From: Planctomycetota bacterium
GTDB taxonomy: Bacteria; Planctomycetota; UBA8108; SXIK01
Assembly (NCBI GenBank): GCA_965223265.1
Contig: OZ244999.1
Span: 384,001-448,000 of the forward strand
DNA length: 64,000 nt
Direction of reading: 5' to 3'
The first letter of the stretch is position 1; every line of letters begins with the position of its first letter. A program made the position numbers and the translations under genes. Positions 47,900-57,555 of the stretch are shown one piece after another. The notes beneath the pieces were generated by a model. That model was not told the origin of the DNA. It made no database searches and was given only the letters and a program-made list of their open reading frames with translations.

Positions 47900-49954
47900 T
47901 TATTTTTTCGCCGCGGTTTTCCGCGCGCAGAGCTCTTCCTTGAGCATCTCGTCGAGCTCGCTGCCTTGAATCACTTCGCGCTCCAGCAAGCGCTGCGTGA
48001 TGTTTTCGAGGCAATCGCGTCGTTCGGCCAAAATCGTCTTCGCAGCTTCGTTGGCGTTCTCGATGATGGCTCGCACTTCGTGGTCGATTTCCTTGGCGCT
48101 CGTTTCGCTGTAGTTACGTTCCTCTTGCTGAATATCGCGACCTAGGAACACTGGCTGGTGGTCGACACCGAACGTCACCGGGCCGAGCTTCTCGCTCATG
48201 CCGAAGCGGCAAATCATGCTGCGAGCGAGCTGCGTGGCTCTCTTGAGGTCGTCCGCAGCTCCCGTTGACAGCTCCGAGAAAATCAGCTCTTCTGCGGCGC
48301 GGCCGGCGAGGAGTCCCTTGAGGCGATCGACGAGTGCGCTTCGGGTGATCAGGTACCGATCGTCCGTCGGGGACTGCATTGTATAGCCCAGCGCAGCGTG
48401 TCCGCGTGGAACGATGGAGATCTTCCTTACTGGGTCGGCGTGCTCGGAGAGTGCCGCAACGAGCGCGTGTCCGGCTTCGTGATAGGCGACGCGGCGGCGC
48501 TCCTCCTCGCTGAGGCGTCGGCTCTTGCGTTCTGGACCAGCGATCGCGCGTTCGACCGCTTCGTCGAGTTCTGGTTTACCAACCGTGTCAAGATTGCGAC
48601 GCGCTGCGAGCAGCGCCGCCTCGTTGAGTACGTTGGCGAGGTCGGCGCCTGTGAACCCTGGGGTGTTCGCCGCCAGAATCTCGAAGTCGATGTCGTCGGC
48701 GAAAGGTTTGTTCTTGGCGTGGACTTCCAAAATCGCACGCCGTCCCTTCGCGTCCGGCGCATCGATGACGACCTGGCGATCGAATCGTCCGGGGCGCAAC
48801 AGCGCCGGATCGAGCACATCGGGTCGGTTCGTCGCAGCGAGCAAAATCACCCCTTTGGTCGTGTCGAATCCGTCCATCTCAACGAGCAGTTGATTCAGTG
48901 TCTGCTCCCGCTCGTCGTGGCCGCCGCCGAGACCGGCGCCGCGCTGGCGGCCGACGGCGTCCAGTTCATCGATGAAGATGATTGACGGTGCCCGCTTCTT
49001 CCCTTGCTCGAAGAGATCGCGCACTCGAGCCGCACCGACTCCGACAAACATCTCGACGAAGTCAGAACCACTGAGCGAAAAGAATGGCGTCTTCGCTTCA
49101 CCTGCGACGGCTCTGGCGAGCAGGGTCTTGCCGGTGCCCGGTGGACCGACGAGCAGCACACCCTTCGGAATCCTCGCGCCGAGCTCTTGGTATTTCTTCG
49201 GATTCTTGAGGAAGTCGACGACTTCGTTGAGCTCTTCCTTGGCCTCGTCGCAGCCCGCGACGTCATCGAACGTCACGCTCTTGACTCTTTCCGCATAGAG
49301 TTTGGCGCGGCTCTTGCCGAATGAAAGCGCCGCTTTTCCCATCTGGCCAGACTGGCGCATGATGAAAAACCAGAACAAGACCAGCAGAAGGAGCGGCATC
49401 ACCCAAATCAGCATCAAGGACGTGAAGTTGCTCGGCGGCCGGTTTTGATACTTCGTGCCATGTTCCTTGTGGACGCGGCGCAGAATTTCCTGCAGCTCCT
49501 TGTCGTCACGTGCTGCGACGACGCGAAATTTGAAGCGGCCAGGTTTCGTCGGCAGACGACCACCAACCCTCAGAGCCACCGGGGACGACGCTTCTGCCCC
49601 CGAGTCAGACTCGGGGGTGACGTCAGAGGAGTCTTCGGGCGTGGTTTCATCCGTTGCGCCGTCGGATGTCGGAATGTTCGCCACACCGAGGTGTTCTTCT
49701 TCGCCGAGGACGAGCTCTTCAACATAGCCTCTTTCCAGCAGCTCGATCATCTCGTCGTAGCTTGCCACGATCGCACCGCCGCCTCGGACAGCTTCGACTA
49801 TGGCGAGGATGAGAAACAGTCCGATGAGGACGTACAGCAGTCCTAAGCGTGGCCGGCGCCCGCTGGCTTCATCACTGGGCCGGTCCGTGGATCCATGCGA
49901 TCCGCCGGATCGATCCGAAGAATCGTCTTGGGGATTTGGGGTTGAATCACTCAA
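47900..49954 (-). CDS. ftsH: ATP-dependent zinc metalloprotease FtsH (start uncertain)
   Basis: Two TMs, [42 protein letters not shown]. Confidence 0.96.
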   Translation of the reverse strand: MSDSTPNPQDDSSDRSGGSHGSTDRPSDEASGRRPRLGLLYVLIGLFLILAIVEAVRGGGAIVASYDEMIELLERGYVEELVLGEEEHLGVANIPTSDGATDETTPEDSSDVTPESDSGAEASSPVALRVGGRLPTKPGRFKFRVVAARDDKELQEILRRVHKEHGTKYQNRPPSNFTSLMLIWVMPLLLLVLFWFFIMRQSGQMGKAALSFGKSRAKLYAERVKSVTFDDVAGCDEAKEELNEVVDFLKNPKKYQELGARIPKGVLLVGPPGTGKTLLARAVAGEAKTPFFSLSGSDFVEMFVGVGAARVRDLFEQGKKRAPSIIFIDELDAVGRQRGAGLGGGHDEREQTLNQLLVEMDGFDTTKGVILLAATNRPDVLDPALLRPGRFDRQVVIDAPDAKGRRAILEVHAKNKPFADDIDFEILAANTPGFTGADLANVLNEAALLAARRNLDTVGKPELDEAVERAIAGPERKSRRLSEEERRRVAYHEAGHALVAALSEHADPVRKISIVPRGHAALGYTMQSPTDDRYLITRSALVDRLKGLLAGRAAEELIFSELSTGAADDLKRATQLARSMICRFGMSEKLGPVTFGVDHQPVFLGRDIQQEERNYSETSAKEIDHEVRAIIENANEAAKTILAERRDCLENITQRLLEREVIQGSELDEMLKEELCARKTAAKK

Positions 49955-50154
49955 GGGATGATTGTGACCGATACTGCTGGGTGCGGAACGAGGCGAACGT
50001 AAGTGGGCTGCCAGTTGGCGCTGCTCGGCGTCGTCCCCGCCTCGACGGCTGCGGCCGTTTCGGGCGACGACTCGCGGGATACGGCGGCGTGGAAATCGGG
50101 CCTTGTCACGCCGCGCTCGTCGGAACCTCTCCAACCTCCACGAAACTCGCGGGC

Positions 50155-50200
50155 ACGATGACTTACGATGACTTACGTGGACTTACGATGACTTACGTGG
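50155..50200. repeat. 10-bp tandem repeat in the ftsH-lipB divergent region
   Basis: ACTTACGATG/ACTTACGTGG alternating, four full units plus a partial unit. Confidence 0.85.
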
Positions 50201-50258
50201 AACTCTACGTTTCCAATCATGTTTTCAATCACACTGCCCTTTGATATCATACCTTCCG

Positions 50259-50984
50259 ATGTCGAGAAGCGCGACTGACTCAATCCGCACCCCTATACCT
50301 TATCGGCATGCATACGAGCTGCAGCAGCAGCTCGTTGAGCGCAGGTCGCACGGCGACGTGGGCGACGTGCTGTGGCTGCTCGAGCACCCACCGACCGTTA
50401 CGCTTGGCTGTCGTGGCGGCGAATCGAACCTGCTCCTGCCGCTGGGCGAATACGACGCCAGGGGCATCGCAGTGTGCGAGACCGATCGCGGCGGCGATGT
50501 GACCTACCATGAACCGGGGCAGATGGTTGGCTACCCCATCGTCCAGCTCCGCGACGGCGAGGAGCGTGACCTGCATCGTTATCTCTCTCAAGTCGAGACC
50601 GCGATCATGGATGCTCTGCGTCAGCTGGGCCTCGAATCGCTGCGCGTGCGAGGACGCACGGGCGTTTGGTTGGCCGAGCCGGCACGCAAGCTTGTCGCCA
50701 TCGGTGTGCGAGCTAAACGCTGGGTGACCTCCCACGGCTTTGCAATGAACGTCGATAATGCACTCAGTGGTTTTCAGACGATCGTTCCGTGCGGGATCAA
50801 GAACGCGAGCGTCACCAATCTCGCACGGGAGCTACGAGACGGTGGGCTCCCGACATGGCAGGAGTTGTGTTCCCTCGTTCACGTCAGTTTCGAGAACGTC
50901 CTTGATCGTCCGCTGCGGCTCTTACTCGGTCGCAACGCTTTCGACCTGTGTTCGACAGCCGACGCGGGTGGTGGAGCCGGCTAA
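50259..50984 (+). CDS. lipB: Lipoyl(octanoyl) transferase
   Basis: LWLLEHPPTVTLG, DRGGDVTYH.PGQ.VGYP, KLVAIG, HGFAMN, IVPCGI. Confidence 0.94.
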   Translation: MSRSATDSIRTPIPYRHAYELQQQLVERRSHGDVGDVLWLLEHPPTVTLGCRGGESNLLLPLGEYDARGIAVCETDRGGDVTYHEPGQMVGYPIVQLRDGEERDLHRYLSQVETAIMDALRQLGLESLRVRGRTGVWLAEPARKLVAIGVRAKRWVTSHGFAMNVDNALSGFQTIVPCGIKNASVTNLARELRDGGLPTWQELCSLVHVSFENVLDRPLRLLLGRNAFDLCSTADAGGGAG

Positions 50985-52345
50985 CTGTCGAGCTGCGCTG
51001 GATTCTCGAGCAGGTGACGGAGTCGCTGGAGAAATCGCGCCGCCAGAATGCCGTCGATAGCACGATGGTCGCAGGAGACGGTGACGCTCATGCGAGCCCG
51101 TGGAACACAGCCGCCGTTCAGAGGGACGAGTTCGGCGCGTGCCGTGCCCACGGCTAAAATGGCCCCCTCCGGCGGATTGATGATCGCGCTGAACGATTCG
51201 ACTCCGAACATGCCAAGGTTCGAAATCGTGAACGTTCCTTTGCCGCTACCGATGAGCTTGCCGTCGCGCGCTGAGCTGATCACTTCGCGTGTTGCGTCGA
51301 TCAACTCGAACCACCCAATACTCGCCGCGCCGCAGACGACGGGCACGACGAGTCCCGCATCCGTGCCTACCGCGATACCGATGTTGACCTCGCCAGGGTA
51401 CTCGATGTGATCAGGGAAGACGCGGCAGTTCATGCCTGGTTCGTCGCGCAGTGCGCAGGCACACGCGCGCACGACGACGTCGTTGAGTGACATCTTGATG
51501 CCCCGCGCTTCAAAGTCTGAAATCGCCGTCAGAGCATCCGTGACGTCCGCGGTGATCGTCTCGTAGAAGTGGGGAATGGTCTGTTTCGAGTGTTCGAGCG
51601 CCTTGGCTATGGCTCGCCGCATGCCCTCCACGGCGACGCGCGCGGGAAGCGGCGGCGAAGGTGGCGGGTACGAGACGACGCGCTGGAGCGCGCTCCAATC
51701 GATTCCGCCGGTGCCGCCGACGCCTGCAGGGCGTGTCGGGGCGTTTTCAACGTCGCGGCGGAGGATGCGCCCTCCGGGGCCGGTGCCGTGCAAGCCGGCG
51801 AGGTCGACGTGACGTTCTCGAGCCACGCGCCGTGCAAGGGGTGAAGCCGCGACTCCGCGGCGGCCGGGAACCGGAGCGGCGCGCGGCGCCGGCGACGCTG
51901 ACGAAGAGCCGCCGTTACGAGCACCGCGCGGGCTGACAGCCGCACTCGAGGGGACGGCCTCGCCGCGCGGCGCGCGCTGCGTCGCGGACGGACTCGGCCG
52001 CGAAGCGGCGCTCGGGGGTGGCGGGTCAGACCTTTCTGTGGGCGGCGCGGCTTCCGCCGCTGCCTGCGCAGCACTTGACTTCAGCGCCTCGATGTCGACC
52101 TCTTCGTCGGGTTCGCCGATGACACCGATCACCGTGAGCACGGGGCACATATCGCCTTCCGCAGCGAGGGTTTTCAGCAGAGTCCCCGACGCGAGCGCCT
52201 CGACTTCCAGATTCGCTTTGTCGGTTTCGATTTCGACGAGAGGATCACCACGCTCGACACGGTCGCCTTCGCTCACCAGCCAAGAAACAACGCGGCCCTC
52301 CTCCATGCTTTGTCCCGCCTTAGGCATAAGGATCGGGTGTGCCAT
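50981..52345 (-). CDS. Dihydrolipoamide acyltransferase (E2 of a 2-oxoacid dehydrogenase)
   Basis: Lipoyl domain ETDKA, E3-binding ASPLARR...GTGPGGRI, TFTISNLG, DHRAIDG. Confidence 0.93.
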   Translation of the reverse strand: MAHPILMPKAGQSMEEGRVVSWLVSEGDRVERGDPLVEIETDKANLEVEALASGTLLKTLAAEGDMCPVLTVIGVIGEPDEEVDIEALKSSAAQAAAEAAPPTERSDPPPPSAASRPSPSATQRAPRGEAVPSSAAVSPRGARNGGSSSASPAPRAAPVPGRRGVAASPLARRVARERHVDLAGLHGTGPGGRILRRDVENAPTRPAGVGGTGGIDWSALQRVVSYPPPSPPLPARVAVEGMRRAIAKALEHSKQTIPHFYETITADVTDALTAISDFEARGIKMSLNDVVVRACACALRDEPGMNCRVFPDHIEYPGEVNIGIAVGTDAGLVVPVVCGAASIGWFELIDATREVISSARDGKLIGSGKGTFTISNLGMFGVESFSAIINPPEGAILAVGTARAELVPLNGGCVPRARMSVTVSCDHRAIDGILAARFLQRLRHLLENPAQLDS

Positions 52346-52520
52346 TCGCTAGGTCCTCTCCCGTGTCGTCGTCAGTTGCCGCCGCAGCCGGCTCTTGGCT
52401 TCAATACATTCCACTCCTACCGCCGACGTTCCACCGACTGCCAAGACGCCACTGCCACACCACAGACGATAGTGAAGCGGCACCGGATTGCCTACGAAAA
52501 TCGCCCCCGGCGACGATCTC

Positions 52521-53832
52521 TCAGGAATCCGGGTCTGCGTCGAGCACCCGATCCTTCACCCAACGTGAGAACGCAGGTCGCGCCGCAGTTACGAGCTCGA
52601 TCACAGCGGCGGCTTCACCGGCATCGCGCTCTGCCTCGTCTCCTCTCCAAATCTTCGTCAGCGCTGACGACACGCTGGAGTGCGACTCCAAGGCGCATGG
52701 ATCGACGGAGTGCAGGGCCGCGGCGACGCCGAGGGCGAATCGTCTCGGGCGCGTGCCAGCACCCAGTGCATGCCGCATGACACCGACGAGTCGGTCGTTC
52801 CAGCCGAGCTTTCTCTCAGGGTCGCGGGTGAGGCGTGAGACCAGGTCTCGCAGGTGCGGGTTCAGCATGCGAGCTAGCAGGTCGTCGACATAGCGGGCGA
52901 ATCCCGTTTCCGTGAAGAGATCGGCGCTGCCGCGCCAGCGCCCTTTCAGCATTGATCCCGACTCGTCGATGAAGGCGTCGCGGAGAAACTGCGTGCTGCC
53001 GGGAATGCCCGCGAGCTCGGCGACGTGCACACAGCCAAGCGCTGCCGCCAGATATCCTGCGAGCGCGTGGGTGGCGTTGTGGCCGTAGAGCTTTGCTTCC
53101 TCGAACGGAATGAGCGAGGGGCGCTCGTCCAGGAAATCGAGGCCGCGGTGGAAGCTCGCCTCGACGGCGAAGCGAATCGGTGAGGTGAGAATGTGGCGAA
53201 AAGACTCGACGAGAAACGCCCGCGGGAATCCCGGCGTCATCGGTCTTATGGACTCCGTGCGCATCTCTTCCGGATCAGTGATGACGACGCTCATTTTTCC
53301 GATCACCGTGTCGACGATCGCCGTCAGTTTGGGCCACGCGCCGCTTCTTTCTCCGCTTGCGGCGGCGAGCAGCGTGCGCCTCAGCTCAGCAGCGGCGGCG
53401 ATGTGGTTCTCCGCGGTGTAGATGACCACCGGATGCTCGCGTCGCGCCAGCCCCGCCGCTAGGATGCGGTGTAGACTTCCCTCGCCGTCCGTAGCGTAGA
53501 GCTTGACGCTCGGAACGGCGGTGGCGATTTCATTCGCCTCGCTAACCGCGGCGACGAGCTGCTCGCGATCACCGGCGTTTGTTGGGTTGTAGATTTCGAT
53601 CGGGCCGACGTCGATTGTCTCGACGGCATCAAGGTGGGCGACGTTGACGCTGTAGTATCCACCGTTGTTGCGTACCGCCTCGATCACCTCCGGCAGAACC
53701 TCAGCGATGACTAGGCGGCGGAAGTTTCCCGAGCGATGCGCTTCGAGCGCGAAGAGCCCAGCTTGAATGGCTCCGAAGCCAAAGCCAACGAACGTTCAGA
53801 GTCGCGTTCAGAGTCGCGTTCAGATCTGTCAT
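52521..53832 (-). pseudogene. Mannitol-1-phosphate/polyol dehydrogenase-like gene with a +1 frameshift near the 5' end
   Basis: In-frame FVGFGFGAIQAG Rossmann motif upstream of the called ORF, AENH, KLYGHNATHA, R.P.RKL...DRL. The ATG at 53832 is 1 nt out of frame and an in-frame TGA precedes the motif. Confidence 0.65.
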
Positions 53833-54115
53833 GGCACCTTGATGAAACGAGTGCGCTGTGCTCTTAAGCAGGTCAAGCGATCGGCAGAGTTTTGGTGAGA
53901 TTTACGAGCGGCTGGAGCGCCGGTCGCCGCAGCGTAGCACAGGCGCGGATGATCAGAAAGCCGGTGATTTCATCTTCGCGGCCGATTCGAGCCTGCTAAA
54001 ATACCGAGCTTTGACCGCATTGTCTCCCGACGTCCGTTTGATCGCGCTCGTTTGCCCGTCGCTGTCGGACGCAGGGTGAACTGCGATCGATCGAGTTGAT
54101 CCGGTGAGGTGAGTC

Positions 54116-55561
54116 GTGTTAGATCCCCGGGACCATGAAGACCAGAGGCGTGGACTCCCGTGTTCGTACCGCGCCAACGCCCTCACTCTCTGCATCGCTT
54201 CGGTTTCGCTGTTCGGTGTGACAAGTCTCGCCGGCGCGGACTGGCCGATTTGGCTGGGGCCAAACCAGGACGGGACGTTCCATGAGCCGGGATGGCTCAA
54301 AGAGTGGCCAGATGGAGGCCCGCCTCGCGTCTTCACCAAGCCGATCGGAGAAGGCTACAGCTCCGTCTCCGTCGCCGAGGGAATCCTCGTTCTGTTTCAC
54401 CGCATCGGTGATCAGCTGCACATCGACGCGCTCGATCCGCTCGACGGAGAGCGCAAGTGGCGCTACAGCTATCCGACGGACTACCGCGACCGCTACCAGT
54501 ACAGCGGCGGACCACGGTGTTGTCCTTTGATCGACGTGCACGTGCAGCCGCGCCGCGTGTACACGCTGGGGTCGAAGGGGGTCATGACCTGTCTGGAGCT
54601 TGATTCGGGCCGAAAAATTTGGCAGCGAGATCTTCAGGCTGAGTATGAGATTCAACCGAATTTCTTCGGCGTCGGTGCCGCGCCGACGCTTTACAAGGAG
54701 AGCATCATCGTCAACCTCGGTGGCACGGATCCTGGCACGGGGATGACGCTCGCCCTCGACAAAACATCCGGCGCGGAAAAGTGGAAGAGTCCAACCGGTG
54801 GCGGCGGTTACGCTGCGGCGCGCGTCGCGGCGATCTACGGTCTCGACCACTTGTTGATTTTTCATCGCACTGGAATGACGAGCTTCGATCCCGCCGATGG
54901 AGCGCCGCGATGGGAGTTTCCGTGGTACTCGCGTGATTACGAATCTGTCAACGCTGCGACTCCGGTCGTCGTCGGTGACCACGTTTTTTTTTCCGCCACC
55001 TATGGTACCGGCGGGGTCTTACTGCGTGTGAAATCGGGTGGCGACGGTAGCGAGTACGAGACGGTGTGGAAGGATGATCTCAGGTCGCGAGAGAAGATTC
55101 TCGATACCCACTGGTCGACGGCGATCCATGTCGACGGGTATCTCTACGGCTTTGCCGGACGCCATGAAGGCAGTGCCACGCTCCGCTGCGTCGAGCTCAA
55201 GAGCGGGCAGGTAAAGTGGAGTTGGCGCAGCTATCTTGGTCGCGGGGTCCTTCTCCACTCCGAGGGACATTTCATCGCGCTCGGGGAACGCGGAGATCTC
55301 TCTCTCTTCAAGTTGACGCCGATGGGATATGAAGAGATGCGCCGGATCCCTCGTGTCCTGAAGTGGCCTGCCTGGAGCGTGCCGACCGTCGCCCAAGGTC
55401 TACTCTACCTGCGCGACGAAGAGAAACTCGTTTGCCTGGACCTGCGATCGCCGACCCGAGCTGGTTCGCCGGAGAAGGGGCGCGATACTCAGCCATCGAA
55501 GGAGCGGGCTGAGCAGCCGGCGGCCCCTACCGCGCCGAACGCGACCCCCGCAGATTCGTGA
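54116..55561 (+). CDS. PQQ-like beta-propeller repeat protein
   Basis: ADWPIWLGPNQDG N-terminus, repeated LD..SG..KW blades, LYLRD...LVCLDL end. Confidence 0.85.
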   Translation: MLDPRDHEDQRRGLPCSYRANALTLCIASVSLFGVTSLAGADWPIWLGPNQDGTFHEPGWLKEWPDGGPPRVFTKPIGEGYSSVSVAEGILVLFHRIGDQLHIDALDPLDGERKWRYSYPTDYRDRYQYSGGPRCCPLIDVHVQPRRVYTLGSKGVMTCLELDSGRKIWQRDLQAEYEIQPNFFGVGAAPTLYKESIIVNLGGTDPGTGMTLALDKTSGAEKWKSPTGGGGYAAARVAAIYGLDHLLIFHRTGMTSFDPADGAPRWEFPWYSRDYESVNAATPVVVGDHVFFSATYGTGGVLLRVKSGGDGSEYETVWKDDLRSREKILDTHWSTAIHVDGYLYGFAGRHEGSATLRCVELKSGQVKWSWRSYLGRGVLLHSEGHFIALGERGDLSLFKLTPMGYEEMRRIPRVLKWPAWSVPTVAQGLLYLRDEEKLVCLDLRSPTRAGSPEKGRDTQPSKERAEQPAAPTAPNATPADS

Positions 55562-55581
55562 GCTCATCGAGGAGAGCGCCG

Positions 55582-56463
55582 ATGACCGCTCACAACGTCC
55601 TTGCCGTCGGTGAGGTGCTTTGGGACTCTCTCCCTGAGGGGCTCTTTCTCGGCGGCGCCACGTTCAACGTCTGTTGTCACTTGAGATCGCTGGGTCACAC
55701 TGGAGTCTTACTCTCTAGCGTTGGTGACGACGTGCTCGGAGAGGAAGTGAAGCGTCGCATGCAGATGGTCGATATGCCGAGCTTCGCGCTTGGTGTTGTG
55801 CCCGACCAGCCGACCGGACGTGTGATCGTCGAGCTCGACTCCAGCGGTGTGCCGACGTACGACATCCTCGCTCCGGCGGCGTGGGACTTCATCGAATTCG
55901 GCGGTGAGGCGGCACGGTTTCTCCAAGAGGCAGAAGTTGTCGTTTTCGGTTCACTGGCACAGCGTAGCGAGAAGAGTCGAGCCGCGATCCGTTCAGCATG
56001 GAAGGCCTCGGCGCTGAAGTGTTTCGATGTGAATCTGCGCCCGCCCTACGACGATCGAGAGGTGGTGCTCGAGTCGCTCGCCGCCGCCGATTTCGTCAAA
56101 GCAAACGACGACGAGCTCCGCCAGCTCTCGGATTGGATCGGACTGACAGCGACGACGGCGCCTGAGATGCTCGACGGACTCTGCGGCCAGTTCAATATCG
56201 CGACGTTTTGCGTCACCCGCGGCGGCCGCGGCGCGCTGCTGCGAAACGGCGGCGAGATTTTCGAGCATCCCGGCTACGACGTCGTGGTGGCCGACACCGT
56301 TGGCGCTGGAGACGCGTTCCTTGCCGGCTTTCTCGATGCATATTTTCGCGGTGAGCCGCCGCCTGAGTGGCTGGCGTGGGGAAATCGCTGCGGTGCCTAT
56401 GTCGCTACGGCGCGCGGCGCGACTCCGCCACTTGAGCGTGCACGCGTCGCTGAGATCGCTTAG
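55582..56463 (+). CDS. PfkB-family carbohydrate kinase (fructokinase-like)
   Basis: GEVLWD, GGATFNV, FDVNLRPP, DTVGAGDAF. RBS GAGGAG. Confidence 0.92.
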   Translation: MTAHNVLAVGEVLWDSLPEGLFLGGATFNVCCHLRSLGHTGVLLSSVGDDVLGEEVKRRMQMVDMPSFALGVVPDQPTGRVIVELDSSGVPTYDILAPAAWDFIEFGGEAARFLQEAEVVVFGSLAQRSEKSRAAIRSAWKASALKCFDVNLRPPYDDREVVLESLAAADFVKANDDELRQLSDWIGLTATTAPEMLDGLCGQFNIATFCVTRGGRGALLRNGGEIFEHPGYDVVVADTVGAGDAFLAGFLDAYFRGEPPPEWLAWGNRCGAYVATARGATPPLERARVAEIA

Positions 56464-56623
56464 CAGCCTGTTGAAAAAGTGCTTCGAGCCGAAAACTGGT
56501 CTCTTCGCGTCCAGATCGGCCGCGGCAAACGCAGGCAATCTTCGGGATTATCGAGTATTGACGCGGTCGATCTGGGCGTGAAGAGGCCAGTTTCCTCGGC
56601 CGAATGACTTTTTCAACGGGCTG
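56464..56623. mobile_element. Palindromic MITE (160 bp) with TTAG target-site duplication
   Basis: TIRs CAGCCTGTTGAAAA/TTTTCAACGGGCTG. TTAG on both sides; the left copy includes the kinase stop codon. Confidence 0.9.
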
Positions 56624-57204
56624 TTAGCGGCCGGCGAAGGCGAGGCAGACACGGCGGTTTCTTCTTGCGATCGGCTGAGAAGCGCATCGCTCGCAAGTTG
56701 TGCGCGCAGCAGCGGCAGGATGTCGAGAGTGCTTTCTTCGTGAAACGTGATGCGCGTCGCCAGCGCTTCACCCTTGTACCGCGGAAGCGGCGCCGCCCAG
56801 GGGTTCCACGTCGCAAACACGAGACCGCAGGAATGCCGTATGCGACTCCAAACCACTAACTCGACGCTGCTGGGATCGTTCGCATCTCCGACGACAGTCA
56901 CTTCTTTGCTAATGTGGGTGCGCAGCGGGTCTCGTCTGTCCGGATCGATCGCGGCGAGAAGAACGGTGCGTCCGTCCGCCAGCTCAACCGTCACGTCGCT
57001 TGCGTTTTGCGCCACGTCGACGACGGTCGTGCGGCCGGTTGGTCGGTTGTCGTAGGAACCGCGACTGAAGGGACCCTCTGTCACTACAACGAGGCCAAGG
57101 ACGCAGAGGAGCGGCACGATGATCGCAATCTGAAGGATCTGAATGATGGGGAAGCGTCGATAGGGGACTTCGAGATGGCAGGAATCAGGATTCGTCATGG
57201 TCAT
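56548..57204 (-). CDS. Hypothetical membrane-anchored protein whose C-terminus is read from the MITE
   Basis: N-terminal TM helix. The last ~25 aa lie inside the MITE. Confidence 0.5.
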   Translation of the reverse strand: MTMTNPDSCHLEVPYRRFPIIQILQIAIIVPLLCVLGLVVVTEGPFSRGSYDNRPTGRTTVVDVAQNASDVTVELADGRTVLLAAIDPDRRDPLRTHISKEVTVVGDANDPSSVELVVWSRIRHSCGLVFATWNPWAAPLPRYKGEALATRITFHEESTLDILPLLRAQLASDALLSRSQEETAVSASPSPAANSPLKKSFGRGNWPLHAQIDRVNTR

Positions 57205-57364
57205 CGTCCATGCTCAAACACAGCTCCAGCTGCAGGATCTCGGACTTCGCGTTCTGGTAACGCCTGCGACTACCGCTAAGTCGAGCTGCGAAGTGTCCCT
57301 GTTGCATTTAGATTGCGACATGCGGGGAATGCCACCTGCCCGTCCGAACGCGCATCTAGCCTAG

Positions 57365-57524
57365 CAGCCCGTTGAAAAAGTGCTTCGAGCCGAAAACTGG
57401 TCTCTTCGCGTCCAGATCGGCCGCGGCAAACGCAGGCAATCTTCGGGATTTTCGAGTATTGACGCGGTCGAGCTGGGCGTGAAGAGACCAGTTTCCTCGG
57501 CCGAATGACTTTTTCAACGGGCTG
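57365..57524. mobile_element. Palindromic MITE (160 bp) with CTAG target-site duplication
   Basis: Near-identical to 56464-56623, CTAG on both sides. Confidence 0.9.
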
Positions 57525-57555
57525 CTAGCCCAGCAGCCGCTGTGTCGTCGCTTCC

